A stretch of 64,000 nt of DNA from Candidatus Eiseniibacteriota bacterium (GTDB lineage Bacteria; Eisenbacteria; RBG-16-71-46; CAZAMP01). This document shows, one piece after another, positions 48,000-59,329 of this stretch. The stretch spans positions 4,064,001 to 4,128,000 of the forward strand of contig OZ245046.1 in NCBI GenBank assembly GCA_965224245.1, given 5' to 3'. A model generated the notes under the pieces. That model had not been told where the DNA came from. It made no database searches and saw only the letters and a list, made by a program, of their open reading frames with translations. Numbering within the stretch: position 1 is the stretch's first letter; every line of letters starts with the position of its first letter. A program made the translations under genes and the position numbers.

Positions 48000-49640
48000 T
48001 CACCTCGAGGTTCCGCCTACCGCCCCTTTCGTCATTGTGGCGTCGTAGCGACCCGGGGCGAGAACACCCCCTGGATCGACGGCATGCTTGAGCCGCCCCA
48101 GCACCGCATCGTAATCCAGTTGACTTCGAGGAAGTTGCGTCATCGAGCGAACTCCCAAGCGGTGGCAGTAGAACCCAGCGGCCATGAGTGCGGTGTGCAT
48201 TCGATCGTGACAGTCGAGTGCCTTGGAATCCTCCTCGGTATCGTCGCGATCAAACACGATGGAGGGCAGGACGTAAACACACCTCTCCGAGGGGAAAGTC
48301 AGCGCGATATTGGGTTCAAAGCCAAACTCCATGCAGCATTGCTCGGCAATGTCGATCGCCTGGGTGATCGCGTCCGGATCAAAGGGAACCGCCGGGCACA
48401 GCCACAATAGACCGCATTGATCCCGTTCGGGGTCAGGCGCAGCTGGCACCGGGGTCCTTTTACGCCAGTAAACGCCGTTGGTGCTCTTGTGGGTGGGGTA
48501 GCCGAGGAAGACGGATTCATGCACCAGACTCGTCATCAGCGATCGAACGTCGATCCGAGCCCACCGTTTCAGGGGAGCGTGGAACAGCCCCAGCATGCGT
48601 GCTTTCAGGCGATCGAGTACGACCAGCGGGTCGACGCTCCCACGTAGGCCGTGTTTCAGCGCGGTGCGGTCGGCCTTGGCGTGGGCTGAGCTAGGAGAGT
48701 AGAGGCCTCCGACGCCGACCCATTGCGCCCCGCCGAACGGCAAGTGCAGTTGCTGGAGGTCAGCGGCCTGAAGTGGTTTCCTCCCTCCCGTTAGGCGCCA
48801 TGGAAACTGACCCTCAGACGCCGCGAGCTTGTAGTGGTTCCAGATAGCAAGACTATTCGGCGCGATGATCCCTTGCGCCATCAAGCGCTTCACACGATCA
48901 CAGGTCTGCCGCAATCCATCGGCGTGCCGGATAGCGAACAGGTATGCCTGAAAGTGAGACGGACGTTCGGCCAGCCAAATCGTCGCCTCTGTTACCACAC
49001 CAAGGTTCGATTGAGAGAACAGCCCGTCCAAGCTCGGACCGACACCCCATCGATGAAGGGCACGCGCGCGGGCTCCCTCGAGTCGTCCAAAGCCGGTGCG
49101 TAAGCACTCTCCAGTCGGCAAGACAACCTGAGCATCTGCGAAGTGCGAGAAGCGCTCACCAAGCGGACCTACGCCATCGCCGCGTTCAACGGCATTGCCT
49201 ATGAGACTCGCGTCGGGAGGACCTCCGATCATCGCCAGATACCGCTGAGAACCTCGCTCGCCCAAGAAGCTGGCTACCTGCTGAAACGTCACACCAGGCT
49301 GTACCGTGATGGTACCCATTGCGTCGTCGTAGTCCACAATCTGATCCATGCGGGACAGATCCAGAAGAACTGCGCCGGACTCGATGGGGACCTTGGCTCC
49401 GAGCCCCCAATTGCGCCCGCGGCTCGTCGGGTAGACAGCGATACTGTTCTGGGTGGCAATCCTCAGGCAAGCCTGTACCTGGCCCTTGTCCGAGGGGCGC
49501 AAGATTGCCCGGATGCTTTGCTCGGTCCGGAAGGTCGTTCGCTCAGATGGACCGATCGTCTCACGATCGATGATGACCTGCTCGTGACCAAGAACTCGCC
49601 GCCAACTGGAAATGGCGAACCGAAGCTCTCCGGAGTTCAT
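48000..49640 (-). CDS. FAD-binding oxidoreductase, VAO/p-cresol methylhydroxylase family
   Basis: SRGRNWGLG, VQPGVTF, GNAVERG.G, GPSLDGLFSQSNLGVVT, DPGGVLAPGRY. Confidence 0.85.
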   Translation of the reverse strand: MNSGELRFAISSWRRVLGHEQVIIDRETIGPSERTTFRTEQSIRAILRPSDKGQVQACLRIATQNSIAVYPTSRGRNWGLGAKVPIESGAVLLDLSRMDQIVDYDDAMGTITVQPGVTFQQVASFLGERGSQRYLAMIGGPPDASLIGNAVERGDGVGPLGERFSHFADAQVVLPTGECLRTGFGRLEGARARALHRWGVGPSLDGLFSQSNLGVVTEATIWLAERPSHFQAYLFAIRHADGLRQTCDRVKRLMAQGIIAPNSLAIWNHYKLAASEGQFPWRLTGGRKPLQAADLQQLHLPFGGAQWVGVGGLYSPSSAHAKADRTALKHGLRGSVDPLVVLDRLKARMLGLFHAPLKRWARIDVRSLMTSLVHESVFLGYPTHKSTNGVYWRKRTPVPAAPDPERDQCGLLWLCPAVPFDPDAITQAIDIAEQCCMEFGFEPNIALTFPSERCVYVLPSIVFDRDDTEEDSKALDCHDRMHTALMAAGFYCHRLGVRSMTQLPRSQLDYDAVLGRLKHAVDPGGVLAPGRYDATMTKGAVGGTSR

Positions 49641-49808
49641 GTCACCCTCAGCACTGTTCGTCACGACGGCATGTCGTCGATGTTGGCTGGTGACGGAATC
49701 GTGAACCACGTTGCTTCTGTCCTCTTTCAGGAGAACTTCCTGAGACCGTGTTCGACATCGTCCGCCGGCCTGGCAGCGTGAACCGTACCGGGTTCTCCGG
49801 AGAGCTGG

Positions 49809-51142
<1,334 letters not shown>

Positions 51143-51310
51143 GGAGGTATCCTCTCAAGGAATACACCCTCCGGCAAACCCGGCGTGGTTCACACCATTC
51201 TTTGCGAGAGCGACCCGCATGGCCGTTACGTGGGCTTCCTCGTCCGGGCACATCGCTACGCCACCAGACTACCAAGTTGCCTGATTCGAGTGGCTTGTTC
51301 CGTGGTTAGC

Positions 51311-51355
51311 AGCGTAAGGGGATGAGTTCTAGTTGCGTCCTGTACGGGGAGCCAA
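51311..51355 (+). repeat. att-like site 3
   Basis: AGCGTAAGGGGATGAGTTCTAGTTGCGTCCTGTACGGGGAGCCAA. Confidence 0.75.
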
Positions 51356-51372
51356 ACCTTTCTAACAGATTG

Positions 51373-51396
51373 CCTCGCGACTACTTCGGTTGCGAG
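51373..51396 (+). terminator. Intrinsic terminator following att-like site 3
   Basis: CCTCGCGAC...GTTGCGAGG hairpin followed by TTTTTGTTT. Confidence 0.65.
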
Positions 51397-51569
51397 GTTT
51401 TTGTTTGCGCTGGATTGTTGGCCCGGCGATGCGTAGGCTGGTTTCATCGCCGCGCGGAACCCCAAACCATGTCTAACCGAATCCTCAATACGATCGCACT
51501 TGCACTCCTAGGGTGCTTGCTGAGCGGGAACCGGCGCCGTCCGAAACGTCCCACGCGAGGACCGCTGTG

Positions 51570-53336
51570 ATGAACTCCACGCCCTCCCCGGCCCGGCCCC
51601 TCCGCAGCGCCCGCTTCGCGGCGCTGCTCATCGCCCTCCTCGGCGTGATTCTCTCTCTGCCGACCCTCGACATGGGGCTGGCGATCGACGACTACCACCA
51701 TCGCGCGGCAATCACGGTGGGACGAACGGACGGCATCGCGAGCGAGGGCACCGTCACGGACCTGTTCTCCTTTGCCGACGGCGACCTGCAGACATCCGCG
51801 CAGATGATCAAGGCCGGCCATGTTCCCTGGTGGGCCGATCCGCAGATGAAGGTGAGCTTCTTCCGACCCCTGGCCGCGGCGACCGTTTTATTGGACTACG
51901 CTCTATGGTCCGAGGACGCGCGCCTCATGCACTTGCAGAACATCGTCTGGTTCGGGTTCCTGTTGCTCGTGGTTGGGCGCTACTACCTGCGGGCTTTTCC
52001 CCGCGGGATGCAATGGTTCGCCCTCGCGGCTCTGCTCCTGTTCACCGTCGACGACGCCCACTTCGTTCCGGTCTACTGGATCGCCCAGCGCAACTCGCTG
52101 ATCGCCGGCACGCTCGGCGTCCTGGCCCTGCACGCCTACCACGTGAGTCGCTCGGACGGACGCCGCCCAGTCGGCGCATGGGTCCTGTACTGCGTAGCCC
52201 TGCTCGCGGGAGAGGCCGGCATCCTGGCTTTGGCGTACATCGTCTCCTACGCCATCTTCCTCGACCGGGCAAGCGTGAGGGTGCGCGCCGCAGCGCTCCT
52301 GCCGCTGGTTGCGGTGACCGTCGTCTGGCGCGTAGGCACGGGCTTGGCAGGCTACGGCGCACAAGGCGTGGACTTCTACATCGACCCGGGCCAGGAGCCC
52401 CTACGCTTCCTCGGCGCCGTCGCCTTCCGGCTGCCCGTGCTGATCGGTGGCGTGCTCACCCCGAACAACATCGACCAGACGATCCTGGGCCCACCCGGGA
52501 CGGGCCCCCGCTTCGTCGCCATTGGCCTGGCGTCGCTCCTGGGCCTCGGCACGCTGGCCTGGCCCGTGTTGCGCACCAAACCCCTGGCGCGCACGTTCGC
52601 CCTGGGGATGCTCCTGAGCCTCGTCCCCTGTTGCGCGACCACGCCCCACCGACGGATGCTGCTCTGGGCCTCATTTGGGGCGATGCCTCTCGTGGCTTTC
52701 ACGGCCCACTACTGGTTCCGGGCGACCCGTGCCCGCGGGGCCCTGGTCCTCATTGCCCGGGCGGGTGTGCTGGTGCTGCTAGTGTTCCACGCCGTGCTGG
52801 CGCCGATCGAGTTGCATGCGTCGAAAAAGGTTCGGATGGGGTTCCAGCCGTTGTACCTGGCTCCCCTCGACGATCCCACCCTGGAGGGTGCCACCGTCGT
52901 CGCCATCAACAATCCACTGGCCTTCTTCACCGCGCACACGATCGTCGTGCAGCGTGCCGAGAGGAAGCCGGTGCCCCGGTCGATCCGCGTGCTGTCGCCG
53001 AGTTTCGCCGCGCTGACGGTGGGGCGCACGGACGCCCAAACCTTGCGTATCGTCGCAGCGGGCGGCTGGACCGCCCACCTCTTCGACCGCCTGTGGGTGC
53101 GCGCCGACCATGAGTGGACTGTCGGGCACCGCATCGATTGCGGCGAGTCCGAGGTTGAGGTCGTGGCCCTCACCGATGACGGCCGCCCAGCGGCCATCAA
53201 GGTGCGCTTCGAAGCTGAGCTTGAGGACGCCTCCCTGCACTGGTACCGCTGGAACCGCACGGGTTTCGAGCCATGGACCCCTCCTGCCCCAGGCGAGACG
53301 GTCGAGCTTCCACCAGCGATCCCCGCGGGCAGCTAG
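51570..53336 (+). CDS. Multi-pass membrane protein, GT-C (protein mannosyltransferase-like) superfamily
   Basis: DD motif after TM1, FFRPL, HLQNIVW, V.WIAQRN, many TM segments. Confidence 0.6.
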   Translation: MNSTPSPARPLRSARFAALLIALLGVILSLPTLDMGLAIDDYHHRAAITVGRTDGIASEGTVTDLFSFADGDLQTSAQMIKAGHVPWWADPQMKVSFFRPLAAATVLLDYALWSEDARLMHLQNIVWFGFLLLVVGRYYLRAFPRGMQWFALAALLLFTVDDAHFVPVYWIAQRNSLIAGTLGVLALHAYHVSRSDGRRPVGAWVLYCVALLAGEAGILALAYIVSYAIFLDRASVRVRAAALLPLVAVTVVWRVGTGLAGYGAQGVDFYIDPGQEPLRFLGAVAFRLPVLIGGVLTPNNIDQTILGPPGTGPRFVAIGLASLLGLGTLAWPVLRTKPLARTFALGMLLSLVPCCATTPHRRMLLWASFGAMPLVAFTAHYWFRATRARGALVLIARAGVLVLLVFHAVLAPIELHASKKVRMGFQPLYLAPLDDPTLEGATVVAINNPLAFFTAHTIVVQRAERKPVPRSIRVLSPSFAALTVGRTDAQTLRIVAAGGWTAHLFDRLWVRADHEWTVGHRIDCGESEVEVVALTDDGRPAAIKVRFEAELEDASLHWYRWNRTGFEPWTPPAPGETVELPPAIPAGS

Positions 53337-53464
53337 CCGCCGGTTTACGAACTCTATTGGTGGCAGGAGACTACCAGTGGCCGCCCAGGCAACCAGCTGG
53401 TTCCAGGTGGCGACTGCCCGTGTCTCAGATGCGGTCAAGAGTAGAGTCTGAGCGCAATTGGGGC

Positions 53465-53579
53465 GAGATGTAGCCAACGCGGGGAGCCAGATCATTTCAC
53501 CGGAAATTAGAATCAGCAGGCGAGAAGTGCGGCAACGAACGTTCGCGCTGTTCGAGAAATGTCGCAACCGGGGAGCCAG
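53465..53579 (+). repeat. att-like sites 4 and 5, 89 bp apart
   Basis: GAGATGTAGCCAACGCGGGGAGCCAG and GAAATGTCGCAACCGGGGAGCCAG. Confidence 0.6.
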
Positions 53580-54086
53580 TTTTTGGTGTCGCAATGCCCC
53601 GCAATCGATTAGGTTGTGGGGTTTTAGTTTGCACTGGAGTGTCCGCCCGATCGTGCCGTAGGCTGGTTTCGTCGCAAGACGCGGACCTGAACCATGCGTA
53701 GCGGAATCTTCAAAACGATAGCAGTGGCACTCCTTGGCCTGGGTTTGATCTCCGCGCCAAGTCGCGCTCAGCGTCTTGTCGTGGAGCTGGCGGGTGGCCT
53801 GGTCAATGATCCAGTTCATAACCGAGTCATCGGTGTGGACCCGGTGAAGACGGGTTTATACGATGTGCCGCACAGACTCGACGATGGCTGGCCGGTCGCG
53901 GCTGCGGAGGATCTGGGGTTGGACCGGAGGCCCTTGGCGAAGCTCACCAAAATGCTCCAGAGCGGGGAAGAGTTTCCGAACGTGCAGGGTCTTTTGATTG
54001 TTGAGGACGGTTACCTCGTTTACGAGCAGTACTTCGAGGGGGAGGATCGTCGCTACGGTAAGGACGGAGTGCGACATCCGGTCAAG

Positions 54087-55335
54087 TGGAGTTGACCCGG
54101 TTTCGTGGACACCAAGCCCTTACAATGGGGCGAGGAGGTCCCGATGCCAAGATCCCGTCGATCGTACCCGCCTGAGTTCCGCCGCCAGCTGATCGAGCTG
54201 GTCCGTGCCGGACGAACCCCCGAGTCTCTCGCCCGTGAGTTCGAACCGTCGGCCGGGGCGATCCGGAACTGGGTCAGACAGGCCGATCTCGATGAAGGCC
54301 GCCGGGAGGACGGTGTGACCAGCGAGGAGCGAGAGGAACTCACCCGCCTGCGCCGTGAGAACCGGCAGCTTCGTGAAGAGCGGGAGATTCTAAAAAAAGC
54401 CGCGGCCTGGTTCGCTCGGGAGACCGAGTCAACGCCCCCGAAGCGTTCGCGTTCGTGAAGGCGAATCGGGCCGACCACGCGGTGCGCACGATGTGCCGAG
54501 TGCTGGGCGTCTCCACCAGCGGGTACTACGCGTGGCTTGATCGTCCCCTCAGCAACCGGGCACGGGAGGATGCGGTCTTGCTGGAGATGATCGAGGAGTT
54601 CCACACGCGATCGGATGGGACCTATGGCGTTCCCCGCATCCACCAGGATCTGATCGATGAGGACATCTTCGTGGGAAAGAAGCGGGTTGGGCGCTTGATG
54701 CGCCTCAAGCAGCTCCAGGGCGTTCATCGACGGGCTCGGAGACGGACCACGATCCGTGGCGATGAACCCCCGTCTCAGGATCTGGTGAACCGGCGCTTCG
54801 AAGCCGACGGACCCGATCAGCTCTGGGTGGCGGACATCACCTACGTGCCGACCTGGGTGGGCTTTCTGTTCCTGGCCGTGGTGCTCGACGCGTGGAGTCG
54901 GCGCGTGGTGGGCTGGGCCATGGCCTCGCACCTGCGATCGGAGCTGGTTCTCGAGGCCCTGGAGATGGCCCTTCATCGCCGCCGTCCCGAGAACGTGATC
55001 CATCACTCCGACCAGGGGTGTCAGTACACGTCCTACGCCTTCGGAAAGCGTTGTCGGCAAGCCGGCGTGCGCCCCTCGATGGGATCGGTGGGCGACTGCT
55101 ACGACAACGCTATGTGCGAGAGCTTCTTCGCCACACTGGAGTGCGAGCTCATCGAGCGCCGCACCTTCCGGAACCGGACCGATGCGAGGCGAGAGCTGTT
55201 CCAGTTCATCGAGGGGTGGTACAACCCTCATCGTCGTCACTCCGCCTTGGGGTATCGTTCACCCATGGCGTTCGAGGCGGCTCAGCTCGAGCCGATCCTC
55301 ACATGAAACCTGTCCACCGAAGCGGGGCAACTCCA
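54087..55335 (+). mobile_element. IS3 family insertion sequence, 1249 bp
   Basis: TIRs TGGAGTTGACCCGGTTTCGTGGACA and TGGAGTTGCCCCGCTTCGGTGGACA. 4-bp TSD CAAG. AAAAAAAG slippery site at 54392-54399. Confidence 0.95.
54144..55306 (+). CDS. IS3 transposase OrfAB (-1 programmed frameshift)
   Basis: orfA 54144-54458 (YPPEFR...EILKKAAAWF). orfB contains WVADITY, HSDQGCQY, DNAMCESFF. Confidence 0.92.
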
Positions 55336-55538
55336 CAAGATGGTGTTCGATCGTGACACACTCCACGATCTTCGCTCGGTCACCAAGAGCGTTACTTCGG
55401 CGCTCGTAGGCATCGCATTCGCTGATGACGGCTTACAATCCCTCGATACACCGATCTGCGATGTCTTGCCTCCCCGAGCTGATCTGTGCACCGAACGAGA
55501 TAAGACCATCACGCTTCGCCACGCGTTGACCATGACGC

Positions 55539-56147
55539 CAATCTTGATCAGCCGCAACACGTGCCGATCCACGATGCGACGCGACACCGACTTCATCAGC
55601 TCGGCGTGCGGGATCGTATCGAAGTACCCGGACAGGTCCGCGTCGACCACCTCCCAGTGCCGCGACGTCAACAGCGTGTGGACGTGGCGAACCGCGTCCA
55701 GCGCGCTCTTCTCCGGACGGTAGGCGTACTGCTCGGGTGGGAGGTCGGCCTCGAAGATCGGTGCCAGCACCAGCGTCGCGGCCGTCATCACCACCCGGTC
55801 TCGGATCGTCGGGATCCCGAGCGGGCGCGTTCGCCCCGGCTGGCCCGGCTTGGGGATGTGGACCCGCCGGACCGCCTCGGACGGTAACGCTTCGTTCGAA
55901 GCTCCTCCGTCAGTTCGTCCAACCACCGATCGCGACCGAACGTCTCGATGTCCTCGAACGACTGCCCGTCGACGCCTTCCGCTCCACCGTTGTGACGGCA
56001 GAGCCGATACGCGTACGCGAGCACGTCCGAGCGATACACCTTGTCGTACAGCGTGTAGAACCGGTAGTCGGGCGATCCCTTCGCTTTGGCATGCAACGTC
56101 GCCTGTAGCTTCCCAACCGTTTCCGGAGGTCTCAGGCTCACGGCCAC
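55539..56147 (-). pseudogene. ltrA: Group II intron reverse transcriptase/maturase, frameshifted and truncated
   Basis: RFYTLYDKV, GVDG, a frameshift near 55878, then IPKPG..RPLGIPTIRDRV, YAYRP, VDADLSGYFDTIPH, LRLIK. Confidence 0.88.
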
Positions 56148-56644
56148 TCTCCTGGCTGTCGCTACGTCCTACGTTGACCTCGACCCAAGGCCCCTTCGCT
56201 CCACCGGCATTACCCGGCTTCATCACTACTACGGGCCTCTCCGCCACCCCATACGGCCCGGCCTGTCCCTCGCGGGAGTCCGGTTGAGGTCACGCCCTCA
56301 CCGATGGGGCTTCCCGTGTTGCGATCGACGTCCCTCTCGCATACATGCCGACGCCACTACCCCGGCGGGACCGAGCGGGTGCATCTATCGCTTCTTCCCT
56401 GCTCGACGGCGGCCTTCCCTGAAAAACTGACAGGTCGGCTCCCGCATCTCGGTCTTTCGAGGCCTGCTCAGCGTTCACTCACGTTTCGGCCTGCATGCTG
56501 CGCTGAGTCACCCGAAGTGACTCGTTCCATCGAGGCTTCGACGGACTCGTTACCTCCTCCGCCGCTCGACTGCTTCCGGCTGGAGCGATCCGTTGCCGGG
56601 CGGGGATTGCACCCGCTGGACGTCGCCGCCTTTTCACGGCGCAC
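55539..56644 (-). mobile_element. 3'-truncated group II intron
   Basis: 5' end GTGCGCCG at 56644. Domain-III-like CCCGTAGTAGTGATGAAGCCGGGTAATGCCGGTGGAGCGAAGGGG, followed by the RT ORF. No YADD or domain V/VI. Confidence 0.88.
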
Positions 56645-56728
56645 AGTTTCTCGACCACACGGGGTCCATAGGACTCGGGCGCAATCTGTCCCAGAAGTTC
56701 TGACGACGTACACTCCGACCCGGCACCA

Positions 56729-56833
56729 CCTGGCTCGGTCCCATGCGCTCCTGGCTCGGTCCCATGCGCTCCTGGCTCGGTCCCATGCGCTCCTGGCTCG
56801 GTCCCATGCGCTCCTGGCTCGGTCCCATGCGCT
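56729..56833. repeat. Perfect 21-bp tandem repeat, five copies (CCTGGCTCGGTCCCATGCGCT)
   Basis: Five contiguous identical units with no spacers. Confidence 0.95.
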
Positions 56834-56987
56834 CCGTCCTTCCCGTGCCGTCGAGCCTCCTCGAACTCTCGGTGCAGGGCGATGAGCTGCTACTATTCAT
56901 GTGACTGCAATATGGAGTCGCTCACTACCGCCTCCTAGCCAGTGAAGTCGTTGCCCAGAATACCTGGAGGTAAGCAATCACAACGTC

Positions 56988-59124
56988 ATGGGGACTTGGA
57001 CCGGGCCTCGCTGTTGCACTGACCGCCGTCGTGCCGGGGATGCGAACGTCAATCGCCCAGGAGTGTGGCGAGTTGGAGCCACTGGCCTCGGTCACGATCG
57101 GATCTCCGGTGATCGGGATAGGAAGGACGGACGACCTCGACGTCATCATCGTGGGCGTCGACGATCCATCCGTGCCCAGGCTCCAATCAAGAGAGCCACT
57201 TGCGCTTGACTACATCGATTCGGAGACGACAGGTTGGGGACCGATCTTCCTCAGACTCCTGCCATGGAACACCGGTGGGCTGGCGTACACCGTGCAAGAC
57301 GACGAGCTAGTCAGTTACCGGGTCGGGGCGGACGGATTGCTCAATGGGGTCTACGATGGGAGTAATCACCTCTGTCCTGATGATGAACTTCTGGCTGAAC
57401 CTGCGTTCCACTCGCCCGAACATGGCTCCGCCGCCTTCCGCTCGCTCTATCCGGAGGGGCTCGTGTACGTGGGAGGTGGCCGCGGGTGCGGGATCCATGC
57501 TCCGATCGCGGCCTTCGACCGTTTCGCCCTCTCCAACCTCCGATGGTGGTATGCCCCCAGCGAGCCGCTGGAAGCCATCTATGAGCTGCTCGTCGATCCG
57601 GTACGTGACGTTCTCTTCGCGTCTATCGAGCACCGCGACTATTGGACCTCGCTTGTGGCAATCAACGTCCTCGACGGAAGCGAGCTCTGGCGGGTGGAGG
57701 GAGATCGCATTCGAGGACTTGGTCGTCGTGGTGACCGTCTGTACGCGGTCACCCAGAGCAACGGAATCGTCGAGGCGCGCAGCGCGCTGGACGGCTCTCT
57801 GATCTGGTCGGCAGTGCCCGCATCGGGATGGCCGGTGGTGACCGATCTGATCGTGCCGCTCGAGCCGCCCTACCACGACGCGATCATCACGCGCGACATC
57901 CTGGGTGGCGTGCATCTGTTCCAGGATCTGGGCTCATCCGGAACGCTGGTCTGGACGGCCGAGGATCCTGACACGCTGGCCTCGCGGGCCCATCTTGCCT
58001 TCGATTCCGGATCTGGCACGGTCTTCTCCCACAATAGCTCGGGAGTGATACACGAGATCGACGCCGCGACGGGATCCTTCCGAACATCGTATCCGGCCGA
58101 TAGTGTGTCGAGCCCCCTCACGGCGATGCTGCTGACGTGGCCCTTCGATGACGACGGAAACATGGGAATGTACGCCGCCAACGAACAAGGAACCCTCTCT
58201 CGCCTCTGCGTCAGTCAAGGTGACGTGGTTCGCAACCGGGAGTTCGGACCGATCGAGCGGATCGGTACCGGATTCGGATACCCTTCATTCGAGGATACCG
58301 ATACCGGCAACGCGACGATCCTGCTCCTGACCCTCGATGATCTCGATGAAACTGTGGGGCTCTCCCGTTACGAGGTGGTGGCCACTCGAGATGTCTGGTC
58401 GGATCCGGGTCCGTGCCACACGGGTCGATTGCCGATGCCGTGCTTCCAGGACATGGAGTTCATTCTGATGGCCTGGGAACCCGGCGTGCAGATTGAGGGC
58501 GACATCAGAGACGCGGGGAATCCAGGCAAGGTTTACCACGTTGATGTCACCGATCGCCTGACAGTCGTTCCAAGCTACGCGGTATCACAGTTCATCGTCG
58601 GCACCGAACCGGCGCTCCTCAGCTTTGATCTCGCCGGCCTCGGGATTCAGATCCCCCCGGGCGGTCGTGTAGGGGTGATGGGGCGCGGAAGCGTGGCGAC
58701 GGTGGGCCGCTTCTCCGTGGCAACCATGACTCAGGGAGCTGAGCGCGACAGCATCTATCAGTATCCCCAGGAGCCATCATTCTGGACGTCCGTGCACGCT
58801 GCGGTACGGGTCCTTGGTCGGAACGAACTGCTGGCGGTGGGGGAGACGCCCCGGCCATCCGTGGCACGGTTGACCGCCAGCCCAAATCCGTTCCACGGGA
58901 CGACGACAATCAACGTCCATGCGGGGACCGAGGTGAGTCTGTCGGTCACGGTCTTTGACGTGGCTGGTCGTCGGGTGGAAGAGCTGTTCCAGGGGAGAAC
59001 TACCGGCGCGGAGCTGCAGGTGCGCTGGTCCCCGGAGCAGTTACTCCCCGGCGTGTACTTCGTCCGCACGAAGATCGGGGCGCAGGTGGTCACCAGCAAG
59101 GTGACACTCACCGAACTCCGATAG
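56988..59124 (+). CDS. Secreted PQQ-like beta-propeller protein with FlgD/T9SS-like C-terminal domain (apparent extra base in the signal peptide)
   Basis: DGSELW and DGSLIW repeats. C-terminal SPNPF...FDVAGRRV...GVYFVR...KVTL. The ATG at 56988 is one base out of frame with [11 protein letters not shown]. Confidence 0.7.
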
Positions 59125-59287
59125 CTGTCTTGAGTCTCGAGTGTCCCATCAAGACCTGGATCGTTCGCAGGTGAACGCCGGCCTCGAGGAGGTGGGTCCC
59201 GAAGCAGTGACGTAGCGTGTGGATCCCGCATCCCCGCTGGAGCTTGGCTCGTGCCAGAGCCTTCTTGTACGCGTGCTGTGCGGCGTA
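59125..59287 (-). pseudogene. Tyrosine recombinase/integrase C-terminal fragment
   Basis: Minus strand reads [52 protein letters not shown] (HxxR box and LxGH). Not present in the ORF track. Confidence 0.85.
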
Positions 59288-59322
59288 GCGGCGCGCGGGT
59301 ATGTTGTGTACTCGCGCGCCGC
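59288..59322 (-). terminator. Hairpin downstream of the FG-GAP gene
   Basis: GCGGCGCGCG...CGCGCGCCGC inverted repeat just after the stop codon. Confidence 0.5.
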
Positions 59323-59329
59323 GTGTTGA

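Larger units (their letters stand above)
53694..55538 (+). pseudogene. Serine hydrolase (beta-lactamase class C-like) interrupted by IS3 and 3'-truncated
   Basis: Signal peptide and GLLIVEDG.LVYEQYF. After IS removal it reads HPVK-MVFDRDTLHDLRSVTKSV (SxxK)...ITLRHALTMT, then runs into intron DNA. Confidence 0.85.

Noticed and set aside
53694-55538. Functional beta-lactamase resistance gene
   Set aside because: It is a generic SxxK serine hydrolase, interrupted by an IS and truncated.
56729-56833. CRISPR array
   Set aside because: The units are contiguous and identical with no spacers, and no cas genes are present.
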